A stretch of 64,000 nucleotides of DNA from contig CM022679.1 in NCBI GenBank assembly GCA_012295275.1, positions 30,504,001 to 30,568,000 of the forward strand, read 5' to 3'. The notes beneath the pieces are model-generated. The model had not been told where the DNA came from and ran no database searches. It saw only the letters and a list, made by a program, of their open reading frames with translations. Positions within the stretch are counted from its first letter, which is position 1, and each line of letters begins with the position of its first letter. This stretch comes from Chrysomallon squamiferum. Taxonomy: Eukaryota; Animalia; Mollusca. Position numbers and translations under genes: made by a program. Below, piece by piece: positions 26,253 through 41,973 of the stretch.

Positions 26253-27247
26253 TAATACTAACAATAACAAATATAATTATTTCGCTATCAAGGCCGTCCA
26301 GGAAAGTGATGCTTCAGTAAGTAGAATTTAAAATAATAAATAAGTAAACAACAACAACAAAAACATTTTGCTTTTTACTAACATTTTCTACTAATGTTTA
26401 ATAATTCAAAACATATATTAAAACAACAACAACAACAAAACAAAATCAAGAAGAAACAAACAAACAACAAGAACGTTTTAGACACAGAACTAAATATACT
26501 TGTTATAATTATCTGAAATCTGATAAATTTATTACTGCATTGATTGCTACATACAGCTTTATGTGATTATTTGGTGCTACGGAAAGCGTTAAAACGAGAT
26601 CGAAAAAAAAAAAAGAATAGAAAAAGAAAGAAAAAATATAAATAAATTAATAAATAAGTGAAGGCATTAATAAATAATATATATATATTTTTTTATTACA
26701 GATCTTCAAAAGAATGCAGTGGGAAATGTTTTCACACGTAAGTGATTTATCAATCAGTCAATCAGTCAATCAGTCAGTCAGTCAGTCAGTCAGGATCGTT
26801 AAGAATGATATTAAACAGGCAAAGTTTCGAACAGAGTCAAAAGTAAAATATTTCTTGATATTTTTCTCTATGTCATTTAATAGATAAACTATTTAAGTGG
26901 TAAACGTGTTTTTATAAAAATTCTTAAAATTGTGATTTGATACAGTTGTTGTCAGAATCCCCCGTAAGAATATAAAAAAAAAAACCTGACAGCTTTCTTT
27001 AAAGACAGAAAGAGCAAGAAGCTGCCAATTTAAAAATCACCAGTAAACCGTAATTCGCTCATTCTTCATGGAATATTAGTAATTCCAAAGTATTAAGTCG
27101 TCATACTTTTTTTGAAAAGACACACACACACACAGACACACACACACACACGCACACACTCACAAACACACACATTTTCATCTTCATACCAGCTGCATTT
27201 GTTTTTGTAATCTATGTATTTCTTATTTCTTGTTTTCCAGGAAGTAA
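25416..27247 (+). CDS. Micro-exon secreted peptide P2, 68 aa: MANCIQLLLLFSLLFGTLTVVES-YKKCYDKCMVDKMESLGGGPNTGWPSRKVMLQSSKECSGKCFHTK
   Basis: Exons 25416-25510, 25732-25755, 25949-25969, 26293-26316, 26702-26737 and 27241-27247. All phase 2 with canonical splice sites. ATTAAA at 27299. Confidence 0.9.
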
Positions 27248-28290
27248 ACTGTTCCTGCCGAAAAGGTCGATCACCGTTATTTCCAACACTAAGTGATTAT
27301 TAAAGAATATAACTGAACGTTTTGGTTTCTTGTTATCTCTTAGAACATTTATTCATTCTTTTGATCGTTCGTTATTTCGTTAGTTGATTTGTTAATTCGT
27401 CCGTTTATTTATCTATTCATTCGTTCGTTCGTTCGTTAGTTGTTTATTCATTATTCTTTTGTTCGCTCGATCTCTCGTTCATTCGTTCCTTATATCGTTC
27501 GTTCGTTCATTCGTTCGTTCTTTCATTACTTCCTATGTTGACTGCTTTTTAAAATTTATTTTGACTTATCATTTTTGTATATCTGTTACTGAGCCGCATT
27601 GTTACTGAAATCTAATAACCTTTGACGAATGTCCTGTTTGATATCTCCATAACAAACTGGTAAGACACTGATAAAGACAAGATAAATTTGAAAATAAATA
27701 ACTAACTAGAACATTAAAGTATATGCAAATAGAATGTATGGAGGTGGTATGTTTAGAGTCAGACTTTAATCATAATTTTTATCTCTATCTCTTTGTGAGA
27801 AACGAATACAAAATAATAATAATTATTATACGCTTAGACCAAGCCATTTCCCAAATGAATTCTTATCTCTAGTTACTATTAAGTCATTCTGAGTCCCACT
27901 ACACGATCACCGTAATTCAGCTTTCCATCAAGGTAAGAGTAACTGCACCGATAGCCATCCTAACACAAAACAATTCACCCTACCTATCCTATGCATGTCT
28001 TGTGGACCCTTTTGCCAGGGCAATTGTTCTTTTAGTCCACCGCCCCCCATCCCCGGTAATGCGGCCGTGGTTACTTGTTGACTACATCAATCACACTTGT
28101 ATTTCCTTCTGTAAATGGAAACGTTAATAAATTCAGTGAAAAGGGGAAAAACTCCTGTAACAGTAATTACGTACATGGGCAATAACTTGTATATATCAGT
28201 TAGGGTTTTTGTTGGAGTTTAGAAATTAAACTAATATTACCTCTGTCGTCCTTGTTGCTGTTATTGCCACCAGCACCGCATTATTAGAGT

Positions 28291-28334
<44 letters not shown>

Positions 28335-29605
28335 CTACTACTACTACCACTGCTGCTGCTGCTGCTGCTACTACTACTACTACTCACACTACTGCTATCA
28401 TTACTACTACTGCTGCTGGTATTTTTGTTTTAAATATTTTAGATAAAAGATCAACTGCATTTTAAACAAAACTAGCGTGTCTATTTGCAATTGGTTTTAA
28501 ATAAGTGATGTTATAAGATTCCGATCCACAATCAGAGATGATTGGTCGACCGGGTGTTAATATCTGTCCAACCGGAATTTTCGGTGAATGGTAATTTTTC
28601 TCCACTCGAGTTTCTAAAATAACCGGCTAATTTCATTTTTGTTCAAAAAATAGCTGAGTCCATTACTCCGTCATCGCGAAGACCTTTTAAACCTGTTTTG
28701 TGTTGTGTGGTGAGAAAAAATTAAATTATAGTTAACTATTCGATTTATAATGTTTGCAGCTAACCCACCTACCCACGTACCTACCTACCTACCTGTACAC
28801 ACACACACACACATACACCACACACACATACACTTAGTTTCATAATGTATACATATATCTTCATTAACACCTTCGTTGTTATCTTTTCACTACATTTGTT
28901 TCTCTCTTTCTGTATACTATATCAATTATTAATGTATTTTCCTTGTGAAAAGCACATCACTAAACGTGTTCTGTGCTATAGCACCATTATTGTCTCTGAT
29001 AATGTAAATGGAACAATAAACTTAAGGTTGTAAGATTAAGTGGTGCAAAAACAACATGATATCACGCTACGAGAGAACATTGATCAGATTCGATGTGTTA
29101 CTCATTTCATTTGTCTACTCGTAGAATTATTGTAATTATGTAGATAATTTGTATTTTGTTTTACACATTTTTCTCTGTCCGATTTCTGGTTAATGCTTTT
29201 TCATACGACTGATTTTGAAACAGATGTTCCTAAAGATAATTTCAATCCATTCTGATTATTGTGAAATGTTTTTCATAGATTATATTCAGTTGCTAAATCA
29301 GATGTTGGCGACAACGTGAAAACGAAATTTGCGAGGGTGTTTCAAAAATGTTAGGTAATTTTGGTAGGTGTTGGCTACTTGTGAAATTAAACTGTGACTT
29401 ACAGAAAACAGGCACAAACTGCTCTAGGGCTCACGGGAACGCAGCAAAAATTGCGAATCAGTTGAAATTAGGTTACTCAATCTTTTCAGGTGTTTTAAAT
29501 ATTCAATATTCCATCTATTTATGCTTTGAAAGGGGAGAAATAATTGTTGGTTAATGTAAATATAATATTGGAAACAGTATTTTTGCTTTTGGTAGCAATA
29601 TTGTA

Positions 29606-29638
<33 letters not shown>

Positions 29639-31183
29639 GTAGTAGTAGTAGTAGTAGTAATAATATCAGTAATAGTAGTAGAAATAGCAACAGTAGTAAT
29701 AATGATAACAGTTTTAAAACTAGTAATAGCAGTAGTAGTAATAATGAAAAAGTTTTGAAACTAGTAATAGCAGTACTAGGCAGTAAAGTAGTTACAGAAG
29801 TAGAACTAGTAATACCTGTGAGAGTAGTAGTATTAATCAGATAAGTTCTAGTACTGATAGAAGTGGTAGTAGTAATAGCAGCAGACGTAGAAGTACTGTT
29901 AGTAGCAGTAGTAGCATTGCTAGACATATTAGTTGTATTGCAGTATTAGCAACTATCGTATTAGTAGCAGCAGTAGTTATTATACTACTATTAGTAGAAT
30001 AGTACTAGTTAAAGTAGTAGTAGAAGTAGCAGTACTAGAAGAAGTAGTAAGAGTAATATAGCAGTAGTTATACCAAAAGAAGAAGAATTATCATTAGTAT
30101 TATTATTAGCAGTAGTTGTAGGACTAGAAAAAGAAAAATGTCTTGTAGTAGTAGTAATAGTAATACTATAATATACAATAGTAGTACTAATGGTAGTAAT
30201 AGTGGAAGAAGAAAACGTTGTAGTAGTAGGAAAAAGAGGAAGAAGAAATGATAATAGTAGTAGTGGTAGTTGTGCACAAGAAGACGAAGAAGTAGTAGTT
30301 CTGTAAGAAAAAAGTAATCATAACAGCAGTAGTTGTAGAAGAATATAATAAGAAAAAGACGAAGAAGATAAAGAGGAAGTAGTTATGGTAGTTCTATGAG
30401 AAGAGGAAGTAGTTATGGTAGTTCTATGAGAAGAACAAGTAGTACTGGTAATAGTACTAGAAGTAGAAGAAGAAAAAGTAGTAGCTGTAATAGTAGTAGT
30501 AGTAATGTTATTAGTACTATAAGAAGAAGGAGTTATAGTAATAGTATTAGTAGTAGCAGGAGTAGTAGTGTAATAGTAGTAGCAGCAGTAGTACTCAAAC
30601 GACGAATTAGTGGTGGTAATTATTTCTAGTAGTTATGGAAGAAGTTGTTAAAATATGGTATTATTATTCACCGAAAGATACATTCATAATTGTAGTTAAA
30701 TTTTGCACACATTTTATTATTTCTATTTTAATTCCGTGACAAAATTGGATATTTACTGATGTACTAGGAAACAGCTGGTTATTAATTACTAGTTTATTGT
30801 GAGCAAATAACAACACAGCAGTCTGTTAAGAAACACGTTTACTCATTATTATTATGGTAATTAGTATCAGCATTAAGAACAGTAGTAGAGTATTATTATT
30901 ATTATTATTAGTTGTTGTAGTTATGGTGGTAGTAATATAATTATTATTATTAGTAGTTGTAGTAGAAGTAGTAGTAGTTGAAGTAGTAGTAGTAGTAATA
31001 GACGAAGTAGTTACAGGAGCAATAGCAGTACCAGTACCACAAACAGTAGTAGTTTTAGTGATAATAGTTATATATATTATTAGTAGTAATAGTACTATTA
31101 CCCAAAATAGTGGAAATAGTAGCAATATAATAGTAGCAATAAAAGTTATAGTAGTGGCATAAATAATAACAATTTTAATTGTA

Positions 31184-31734
31184 AAGTGGTACTTCAAGTT
31201 ACGAGCGCCCTGACTTACGAGTTTTTCGAGTTAAGAGCGCTCGCACAGTCAAATTTTCGCTTTGAGTTGCGAGCCAAGCTCCGATTTACGGAGACCTTCA
31301 GCATGAAATTATAGAAAACCATGAGTGAGGTGTGCGTGTAGTTAACATGGCTAGGCAGTACGAGCGTAGTACTTTACGATATGTACATACTGAAACGGAA
31401 GGAATTGATAAAGGCTATAACTCCTGCCAATGGCGTTAAAAAATTTCTAAGTTGCGGACCTTTGTCCATGAAAAGATGAAAAACCCTAACACTCTACACT
31501 TTACAAAACCAATTGATTTCTTTACATTCTCTTTTATTTAGTTTTTTTTTAACAATATTTGTTACCTATACATATATCTTTCTTATTTAAAAATGCGTTA
31601 CAAAAAATAAAAAGAAGAAAGATTAATGGTATTTCAATTAGTTTCTTTTGGGAAAATTGATTTGATATACGAACAAATTTGAGTTACGAGCTCGGACACG
31701 AAACGAATTAAACTCATAAGTCAAGGTACCACTG
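31184..31734 (+). mobile_element. Tigger/pogo-like element, internally deleted copy
   Basis: Same TIRs, TA flanks and flanking sequence as 22429-23187. Confidence 0.85.
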
Positions 31735-33404
31735 TATTAGAAAAAAGTTGCAGAACCATTTGTAATAAAACAGTCGTAATAATTGTTGCAGTAGTAAGTA
31801 TTAGGAATAGTAATAGTAGTAACAATCATAGTAATATAATAATAATAATAATAATAATAATAGTACTACTACTACTAATAGTAATGATATTACTACTAAT
31901 AATAATACTAATACTAATAATAATAGTAGTTGTGGTAGTAGTGACAATAATAGTAATATGTATGTAATAGTAGTAGCAATATTAACAGTAGTAGTAGTAG
32001 CAATAGCAGTAATAGTAACATATGTAGTAGTAGTAATATATGTAGTAATAGTAGTAAAAGCAGTTGTAGCAGTAGCAATACCAGGTATATATATAATAAT
32101 TATAGTGTGGTAATAGTGTAGTAGTAGTTGCAACAATAAAATATATGAAATACTAGTTGTAGTAATAGTAGTACTAGTAGCAGTAGCAATATTTGTAATA
32201 TATGTAATAATAGTAGGGGTAGGAGCAAATGTTTTGTTATTACCATCATGGTTATCATTTATTAATAGTGAATTAATAAATCCACCTTTTTTTTTGAAGC
32301 AACACCAACAATAGAAGAAAAAAAAAAAAAAAAAGTATGAATCAAAGCCTTCCATATGTTGTTCGATACATTTTAATTACTTTTACACTAATTTAAACTG
32401 GATAAGAAGGATTTTTTCTACATAACTGCTTCCAATAATTAACTATTATTCGAAATGCGACGCAGCTGACAGTAAATTATTAGTCTACTCTATATAAGTA
32501 AGAAAACAGTCGATAAAAATAACAGACTGGAAGAGAAGTTTTGAAAGAAGAACTGATTCTATTTAACGGTAACAACAAAATTTCTTACTCTTCTTCTTCT
32601 ACTTCTTCTTCTTCTTCTTCTTATGACGATGATGATGATTATTAATATTATTATTATTGTTGTTGTTGTTGTTGTTGTTGTTATTGTTGTTTTTGGTCCG
32701 CCTAAAGCGAGCTAGCGAATGTGTGCCAGGTGTTCGAGTCTCATTATTTATTTATTTATTTATTTATTAACATTCTACTTGAGAACATTAGTATTTGTCA
32801 GTATAATTTTTTCAATTAGTATTTAATTATTCACTTTCAGCTCACAAGTAACACATAACAATGTCACCGATGTGAAGAGTTTTATTACAAAACGCAATAT
32901 ATATGGAAATAAAAACTACTACTTTACCAAAAGGTGGAAATAAAATGGCTACCAACGGCTGATATTTTAGAACCGAGAACTCAAAGTTTTCTTATTTTTG
33001 AAAAAAAAAGAAATCGGGCTTTTATCGAGTTTTATGATCAATCTAGGAATCTATTCTGGACTACACGTGTAATTTACGTTTATGTCTTAGACACTGACAA
33101 GTACTACGTACAACAAGTAGTTTTTCAAAGCCTTTATTTCTAGTAATTCTTTTCAGTTAGATGTCACCTGGCTCTAACCTATTGGAGACTACACTTATTA
33201 TAAAACCAGCCTGAACAAAGATAAAGCTGTATAATAAATGAACTGAAATAAACTGTGACGTATGGAATTATGTAAAATTATGTATGTTGTTTATATTTCA
33301 GACCAATGACAATTTATATGAAACTGATAGTTTTCATAGTCAGTGTCACCAACTGTGACAGATACAATTAATTACAATGGAGTATACTGTTTATATTTCA
33401 GACA

Positions 33405-35518
<2,114 letters not shown>

Positions 35519-37543
35519 ACTGTTCCTGCCGAAAAGGTCGATCACCGTTATTTCCAACATTGAGTGATTATTAAAGAATATAACTGAACGTTTTGGTTTC
35601 TTGTTTTCTCTTAGATCATTTATTCATTCTTTCGATCGTTCGTTATTTCGTTCGTTGATTTGTTCATTCGTTCGTTGGTTCGTTCGTTAGTTGTTTATTC
35701 ATTCATTCTTTTGTTCGCTCGATGGTTCGTTCATTCGTTCCTTATATCGTTCGTTAGTTCATTCGTTCGTTCTTTCATTACTTGCTAGGTTGACTCCTTT
35801 ATTTATTTATTTTGCCTTAACATTTTTATATACCTATTACCTGAACCGCATTGTTACTGAAATCTAATAACCTTAGACGAATATCCTGTTTCATATCTTG
35901 ATAAAAACTGGTAAGACACTGATAAAGACAAGACATATTTGCAAATAAATAACTACTGTTGTTAGTACAGAAATACAAATCGAAAAGCAGTTGCCAACAT
36001 TATCAAACGACATCTCTTATTAAATAAATACATGTATAATATGGGCGTTTTCTTTATTTCGTATGGTCCAAACCAGTCAGTTTGGAAATGAGAGAACAAT
36101 TACACAAACACACTTGGTGAACATCATGCAAGAATAAAATAAACGAAGAACATTCAAGTATATACAAATAGAATGTATGGAGGTGGTAAAAATACATACT
36201 TAAAATCAGACACATACGTAGAATAAAAATAACTATGGTGGGTAAAGGAGGACATGTATGTTTATGAGTTGAAGAGAACAGATCAAAAGCAGTACATTTA
36301 GAGTCAGACTTTAATTATAATTTTTATCTGTATCTCTTTATCTGCTGTGAGAAACGAATACAAAATAATAATAATTATCATACGCTTAGACCAAGCCATT
36401 TCACAATTGAATTCTTATCTCTAGTTACTATTAAGTCATTCTGAGTCCCACTATACGATCACCGTAATCCTCTCTCAGACAGCTTTCCATCAAGGTAAGA
36501 GTAAAGTTTACAACTGCACCGATAGCCATCCTAACATAAAAACATTCACCCTACCTACCCTATGCATGTCTTGTGGACCCTTTTGCCAGGGCAATTGTTC
36601 TTTTTGTCCGGTAATCCGGTCGTGGTTACTTGTTGACTACATCAATCACACTTGTATTTCCTTCGTAAGTGGAAACGTTTATATATTCAGTGAAAAGGGG
36701 AAAAACTCCTGTAACAGTAATTACGTATATGGGAAATAACTCGTATATATCAGTTAGGGTTTTTGTTGGAGTTTAGAAATTAAACTAATATTACCTCTGT
36801 CGTCCTTGTTGCTGTTATTGCCATCACCACCGCAGTATTAGTATAACAACAACAACAACTACTACTACTACTACCACTACCACTACTACTACCATTACTA
36901 AAGCTGCTGCTGCTGGTATTTTTGTTTTAAATATTTTAGATAAAAGATCAACTGCATTTTAAACAAAACTAGCGTGTCTATTTGCAATTGGTTTTAAATA
37001 AGAGTTAGTGATGTTATAAGATTTCGATCCACAATCAGAGATGATTCCGTGACAAAATTGGATATTTATTGATGTACAAGGAAACAGCTGGTTATTAATT
37101 ACTAGTTTATTGTGAGCAAATAACAACACAGCAGTCTGAAGAAACACGTTTTGTCATTATTAATATGGTAATTAGTATCAGCATTAACAACAGTAGTAGT
37201 AGTGTATTATTATTATTATTATTATTATTAGTTGTTGTTGTGCTGGTAGTAATATAATTATTATTAGTAGTAGTTGTAGTAGAAGTAGTAGTAGTTGAAG
37301 TAGTAGTAGTAGTAATAGACGTAGTAGTTACAGGAGCAATAGCAGTACTAGTACCACTAACAGTAGTAGTTTTAGCGATGGAAGTAATATAATTATTAGT
37401 AGTAATAGTACTATTACTAAAAATAGTGGAAATAGTAGTAGTAGTATAATAGCAAAATAAATAGTAGTAGTAATAGTAGAATACTAATAATAGTAGCGAT
37501 AGAAGTGATAGTAGTGGCATAAATAATAACAATTTTAATTGTA

Positions 37544-38122
37544 AAGTGGTGCCTCGATTTACGAGTGCCCCAACTTACGAGTTTTCCGAGTTACGAGCGC
37601 TCGCACCTTTGATTTTCGCTTTGAGTTGCGAGCCAAACTCCGATTTACGGACGAGCTTAATAATTAGTCGCTACTAGTTGGCGCAACGAACAACGCAACA
37701 TCCGCCCAGCATCCCGCCTCTCTCTCGTTTGCTTCACGTGGAAACATCTCTGTTGTGTTGTGCTGGCGTTTTCTGCAGTATTTTGCCAAATTTCCATTGA
37801 TTCTAAGAGTGAGTACAAAGGACAGTGTTGAGAAGGAGAAGCAGATGACGTCCATTGAATTATAGCATGAAAGCCATTTTATTTCCTTTCATTCTCTTTT
37901 ATTATTTATTTTATTTTATTTTTTTTATTTCTATTTTTTTACAATATTTGTCATCTATACATATGCTTTTATTTTTTAAAAACACGTTACAAAAATAAAA
38001 AGAAGAAAGATGAATGGTATTTCAATTAATTTCATTTGGGAAAATGTATTTGATATACCAAAAAATTTGAGTTACGAGCTCGGACATGGAACGAATTAAA
38101 CTCTTAAGTCAAGGTACCATTG
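37544..38122 (+). mobile_element. Tigger/pogo-like element, internally deleted copy
   Basis: Same TIRs and insertion site, with a different internal deletion from the 31184 copy. Confidence 0.85.
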
Positions 38123-38616
38123 TATTAGGGAAAAAGTTGCAGAACCATTTGTAATAACAGTCGTAATAATTGTTGCAGTAGTAAGTATTAGGAATAGTAA
38201 TAGTAGTAACAATCATAGTAATATGATAATAATAATAATAATATAATAATAATAATAATAGTAGTAGTAGTAGTAGTAGTAGTAGTGGCAATGATAGCAA
38301 TATTTATACTAATAGTAGTAGTAGTAACAATAGTAATATGTATGTAATAGTAGTAGCAGAAGTAATTGTAGTAGTAGCAATAATAATAACATCTAATAAT
38401 AATAGTAGTAGTAGCAATAGCAGTAATATTAACATATGTAATAATAGTAGGTGGTAGTAGTAGTAATATATGTAGTAATAATAGTAGTAGCAGTAGCAAC
38501 AATGGTAATATATGTAATAATAGTAGTGGTAGCAGCAAATGTTTTGTTATTACCATCATCGTTATTATTTATTAATATTGAATTAATACCCCCCTTTTTT
38601 TTTGAAGCAACAATCG

Positions 38617-38661
<45 letters not shown>

Positions 38662-39037
38662 TTCTAAGCTCTCCATATGTTGTTCGATACATTTTAATTA
38701 CTTTTATTCTAATTTCAGCTGGACAAGATGATTTTTTCTGCATAACTGCTTCCAATAATTAAATATTATTCAAATTACGACGCAGCTGACAGTAAATTAT
38801 TAGTCTACTCTATATAAGTAACAAAACAGACGATACTGCGATTACATAACAGACTGGAAGAGAAGTTTTGAAAGAAGAACTGATTCTGTTTAACGGTAAC
38901 AACAAAGTTTCCTATTATTCTTTTTCTTGTTCTTGTTCTTCTTATGATGATGATGATTATTTTTATTATTACTAATATTATTACTGTTATTGTTGTTGTT
39001 GTTGTTATTGTTGTTGGTGTTGTTATTGTTGTTGTTG

Positions 39038-39110
39038 GTCCGCCTAAAGCGTGCGGGCGAATGGATGTCATATGTTCGAGTCTCATCAGAGGCATCTGAA
39101 GTTTGGACTT
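39038..39110 (+). mobile_element. SINE head fragment in intron 1 (also about 24239, 32696, 47164, 50555)
   Basis: B-box-like GTTCGAGTCTC plus atcag…catctgaagtttggac, similar to 1351-1388. Confidence 0.45.
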
Positions 39111-39594
39111 TATTGATTGATTTATTTATTTATTTATTAACATTCAACTTTGGAACATTAGTATTTCTCAGTATTTTTTTAATTAGTATTTAATTATTCA
39201 CTTTCAGCTCACAAGTAACGCATAACAATGTCACCGATGTGGCACCTGTATTTCTCGTTATAAACACCTGTATATCACAGACATTTAAATAGTTATTATT
39301 TTGTTTGTTTATTTATTTTTCTGTGCATTACTATTTATTACCCTCATTAAACATTCTATCATTACTTTGATTCCTGAATGTTTATTCGATTCCACATAAT
39401 ATTATGGTCAGTAATCCAGTAATAGTTTATGCAGTTTGTTTTGAATTTCTGTTGTTGAGAAATGTTACATTATTTTAGGTAGACTTTTTTTTATATTTCC
39501 AAATAAAAAATTAACAATGAATTGAATATGCAACTGGAAGATTTTGAAGAGTTTTATTACAAAACGCAATATATATGCAAATAAAAACTACTAC

Positions 39595-39632
<38 letters not shown>

Positions 39633-40192
39633 AATAGAATAGCCCTTATAGAGTTTTGAAACAAAAATATATTTGTATTGTCAATCACTGTGATTTATAA
39701 CACACTTTACCAAAAGGTGGAAATAAAATGGCTACCAACGGCTGATATTTTAGAACCGAGAACTAAAAGTTTTCTTATTTTTGAAAAAAAAGGAAAAAGA
39801 AATCGGGCTTTTATCGCGTTTTATGATGAATCTTAGAATCTATTCTGGACTACACGTCTAATTTACGTTTATGTCTTAGACACTGACAAGTACTACGTAC
39901 AACAGCTAGTTTTTCAAAGCCTTTATTTCTAGTAATTCACTTCAGTTAGATGTCACCTGGCTCTAACCTATTGGAGACTACACTTATTATAAAACCAGTT
40001 TCAACAAAGATAAAGCTGTATAATAGATGAACTGAAATAAACTGTGACGTATGGAATTATTTAAAATTATGTATGTTGTTTATATTTCAGACAATGACAA
40101 TTTGTATGAAACTGATATTTTTCATAGTCAGTGTCACTAACTGTGATAGATATAATTAATTACAATGGAGTATACTGTTTATATTTCAGACA

Positions 40193-40987
40193 ATGGCAAA
40201 TTGTATACAATTGCTGCTGCTGTTCTCGCTGTTGTTTGGGACTCTGACAGTTGTTGAGTCAGGGTATCAAGACTGTTACGATAAGTGCATGTAAGTTATG
40301 GATGAATTTATATATATAAATATTTGTTTCTTTTCTATTGTTTATTTATTTATTTAATTATTTATTTGTTTGTTTCTTTGCTCCTCTCATTCTTTCTTTC
40401 TTTCTTTATATTTCTTTTATTTTGTTTATTTGTTTCTTGTTTGGTTTCTTTATTTCTTTATTTCTTTGAATATTTTTGTATTACTTCTTGATAGTAACAC
40501 ATTTTTTTGTTTTCTTATTTAGGATAGAAAAAATGAAATCATCACAGTAAGTATATTTTAAAAATAACGTTTATTTATTTATTTATTTTTTGGCGTAATA
40601 ATTAAAGCTCATAAATATTTTTCATAATAAATATTCAGTAATAAAGTGTTAAAAAAATATAGGAAAACAATTTATCATATTTGAGTTTAATCTATTTTAT
40701 TCTTGGATTTATATTTTTATTTCAACAGAACTGGATCTAATTTCGGTTGGTTAGTACAATTGACTTTATATTCTGCAATAACCATCATTATTACCTATTA
40801 AATATTTATATATTGTTTTCAAAAAGTTCTGTCATTTATTTATTTATTTCGCTAATTTATTAATTAGTTATTTAATTATTTTTATGTTTTTACTGTTAAT
40901 TTTAATACTTTAAATGAAATTAACAAATTAAAATGTGTTTGAATGTCCAAGATACATTCTCTTCGTTAGTTTATTTATCATAGAAGA

Positions 40988-41047
<60 letters not shown>

Positions 41048-41509
41048 TAACACCAACAATAACAATATAATTATTTCGCTATCAAGGCCGTCCAGGAAAG
41101 TGATGTTTCAGTAAGTAGAATTTAAAATAATAAATAAGTAAACAAGAACAACAAAAACATTTTGCTTTTTACTAACATTTTCTACTAATGTTTAATAATT
41201 CAAAACATATATTAAAACAACAAGAAAAAAAACAAAAACAAGAAGAAGGAAACAAAAACAACAACGTTTTAGACACAGAACTAAATATACTTGTTATAAT
41301 TATCTGAAATCTGATAAATTTATTACTGCGTTGATTGCTACATAAAGCTTTATGTGATTATTTAGTGCTATGGAAAAGCGTTAAAATGAGATCGAAAAAG
41401 AAAAAAAAAAAGAAAGAAGAAATATTAATAAATAACTGAAGGCATTAATAAATAATAATTTTTTTTTTGTTACAGATCTGCAGACGAATGCAGTGGGAAA
41501 TGTTATTAA
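40193..41509 (+). CDS. Micro-exon secreted peptide P4, 66 aa: MANCIQLLLLFSLLFGTLTVVES-GYQDCYDKCMIEKMKSSQTGSNFGWPSRKVMFQSADECSGKCY
   Basis: Exons 40193-40290, 40523-40546, 40729-40749, 41087-41110 and 41476-41511 (TAA at 41507-41509). The last exon, from 42031, is now non-coding. Confidence 0.87.
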
Positions 41510-41938
41510 ATGTAAGTGATGTATCAATGAATGAATGAATGAATGAATAAATCAATCAATCAGTCGGTCGGTCGGTCAGTCAATCACTTAGTCAGGATCC
41601 TTAAGAATAATATTAAATGCGTGCATAGGCTAAAGTTTCAAACACAGACAAAAGGAAAATATTCCCTGACTTTTTTCTCTATGTCATCTAATAGATAAAC
41701 TATTTAAGTGGTAAACGTGTTTTTATAAAAATTCTTAAAATTGTGTCTTGATACAGTTGTTGTCCGAATCCCCCGTAAGAATATGTTAAAAAAGAAACTG
41801 ACAGCTTTCTTTAAAGATAGAAAGAGCACGAAGCTGCCAATTTAAAAATCACCAGTTGATCTGTAAACCGTAATTCGCTCATTCTTCATGGAATATTAGT
41901 ATTTCCAAAGTATTAAGTCGTCATACTTGTTTTGAAAA

Positions 41939-41973
<35 letters not shown>
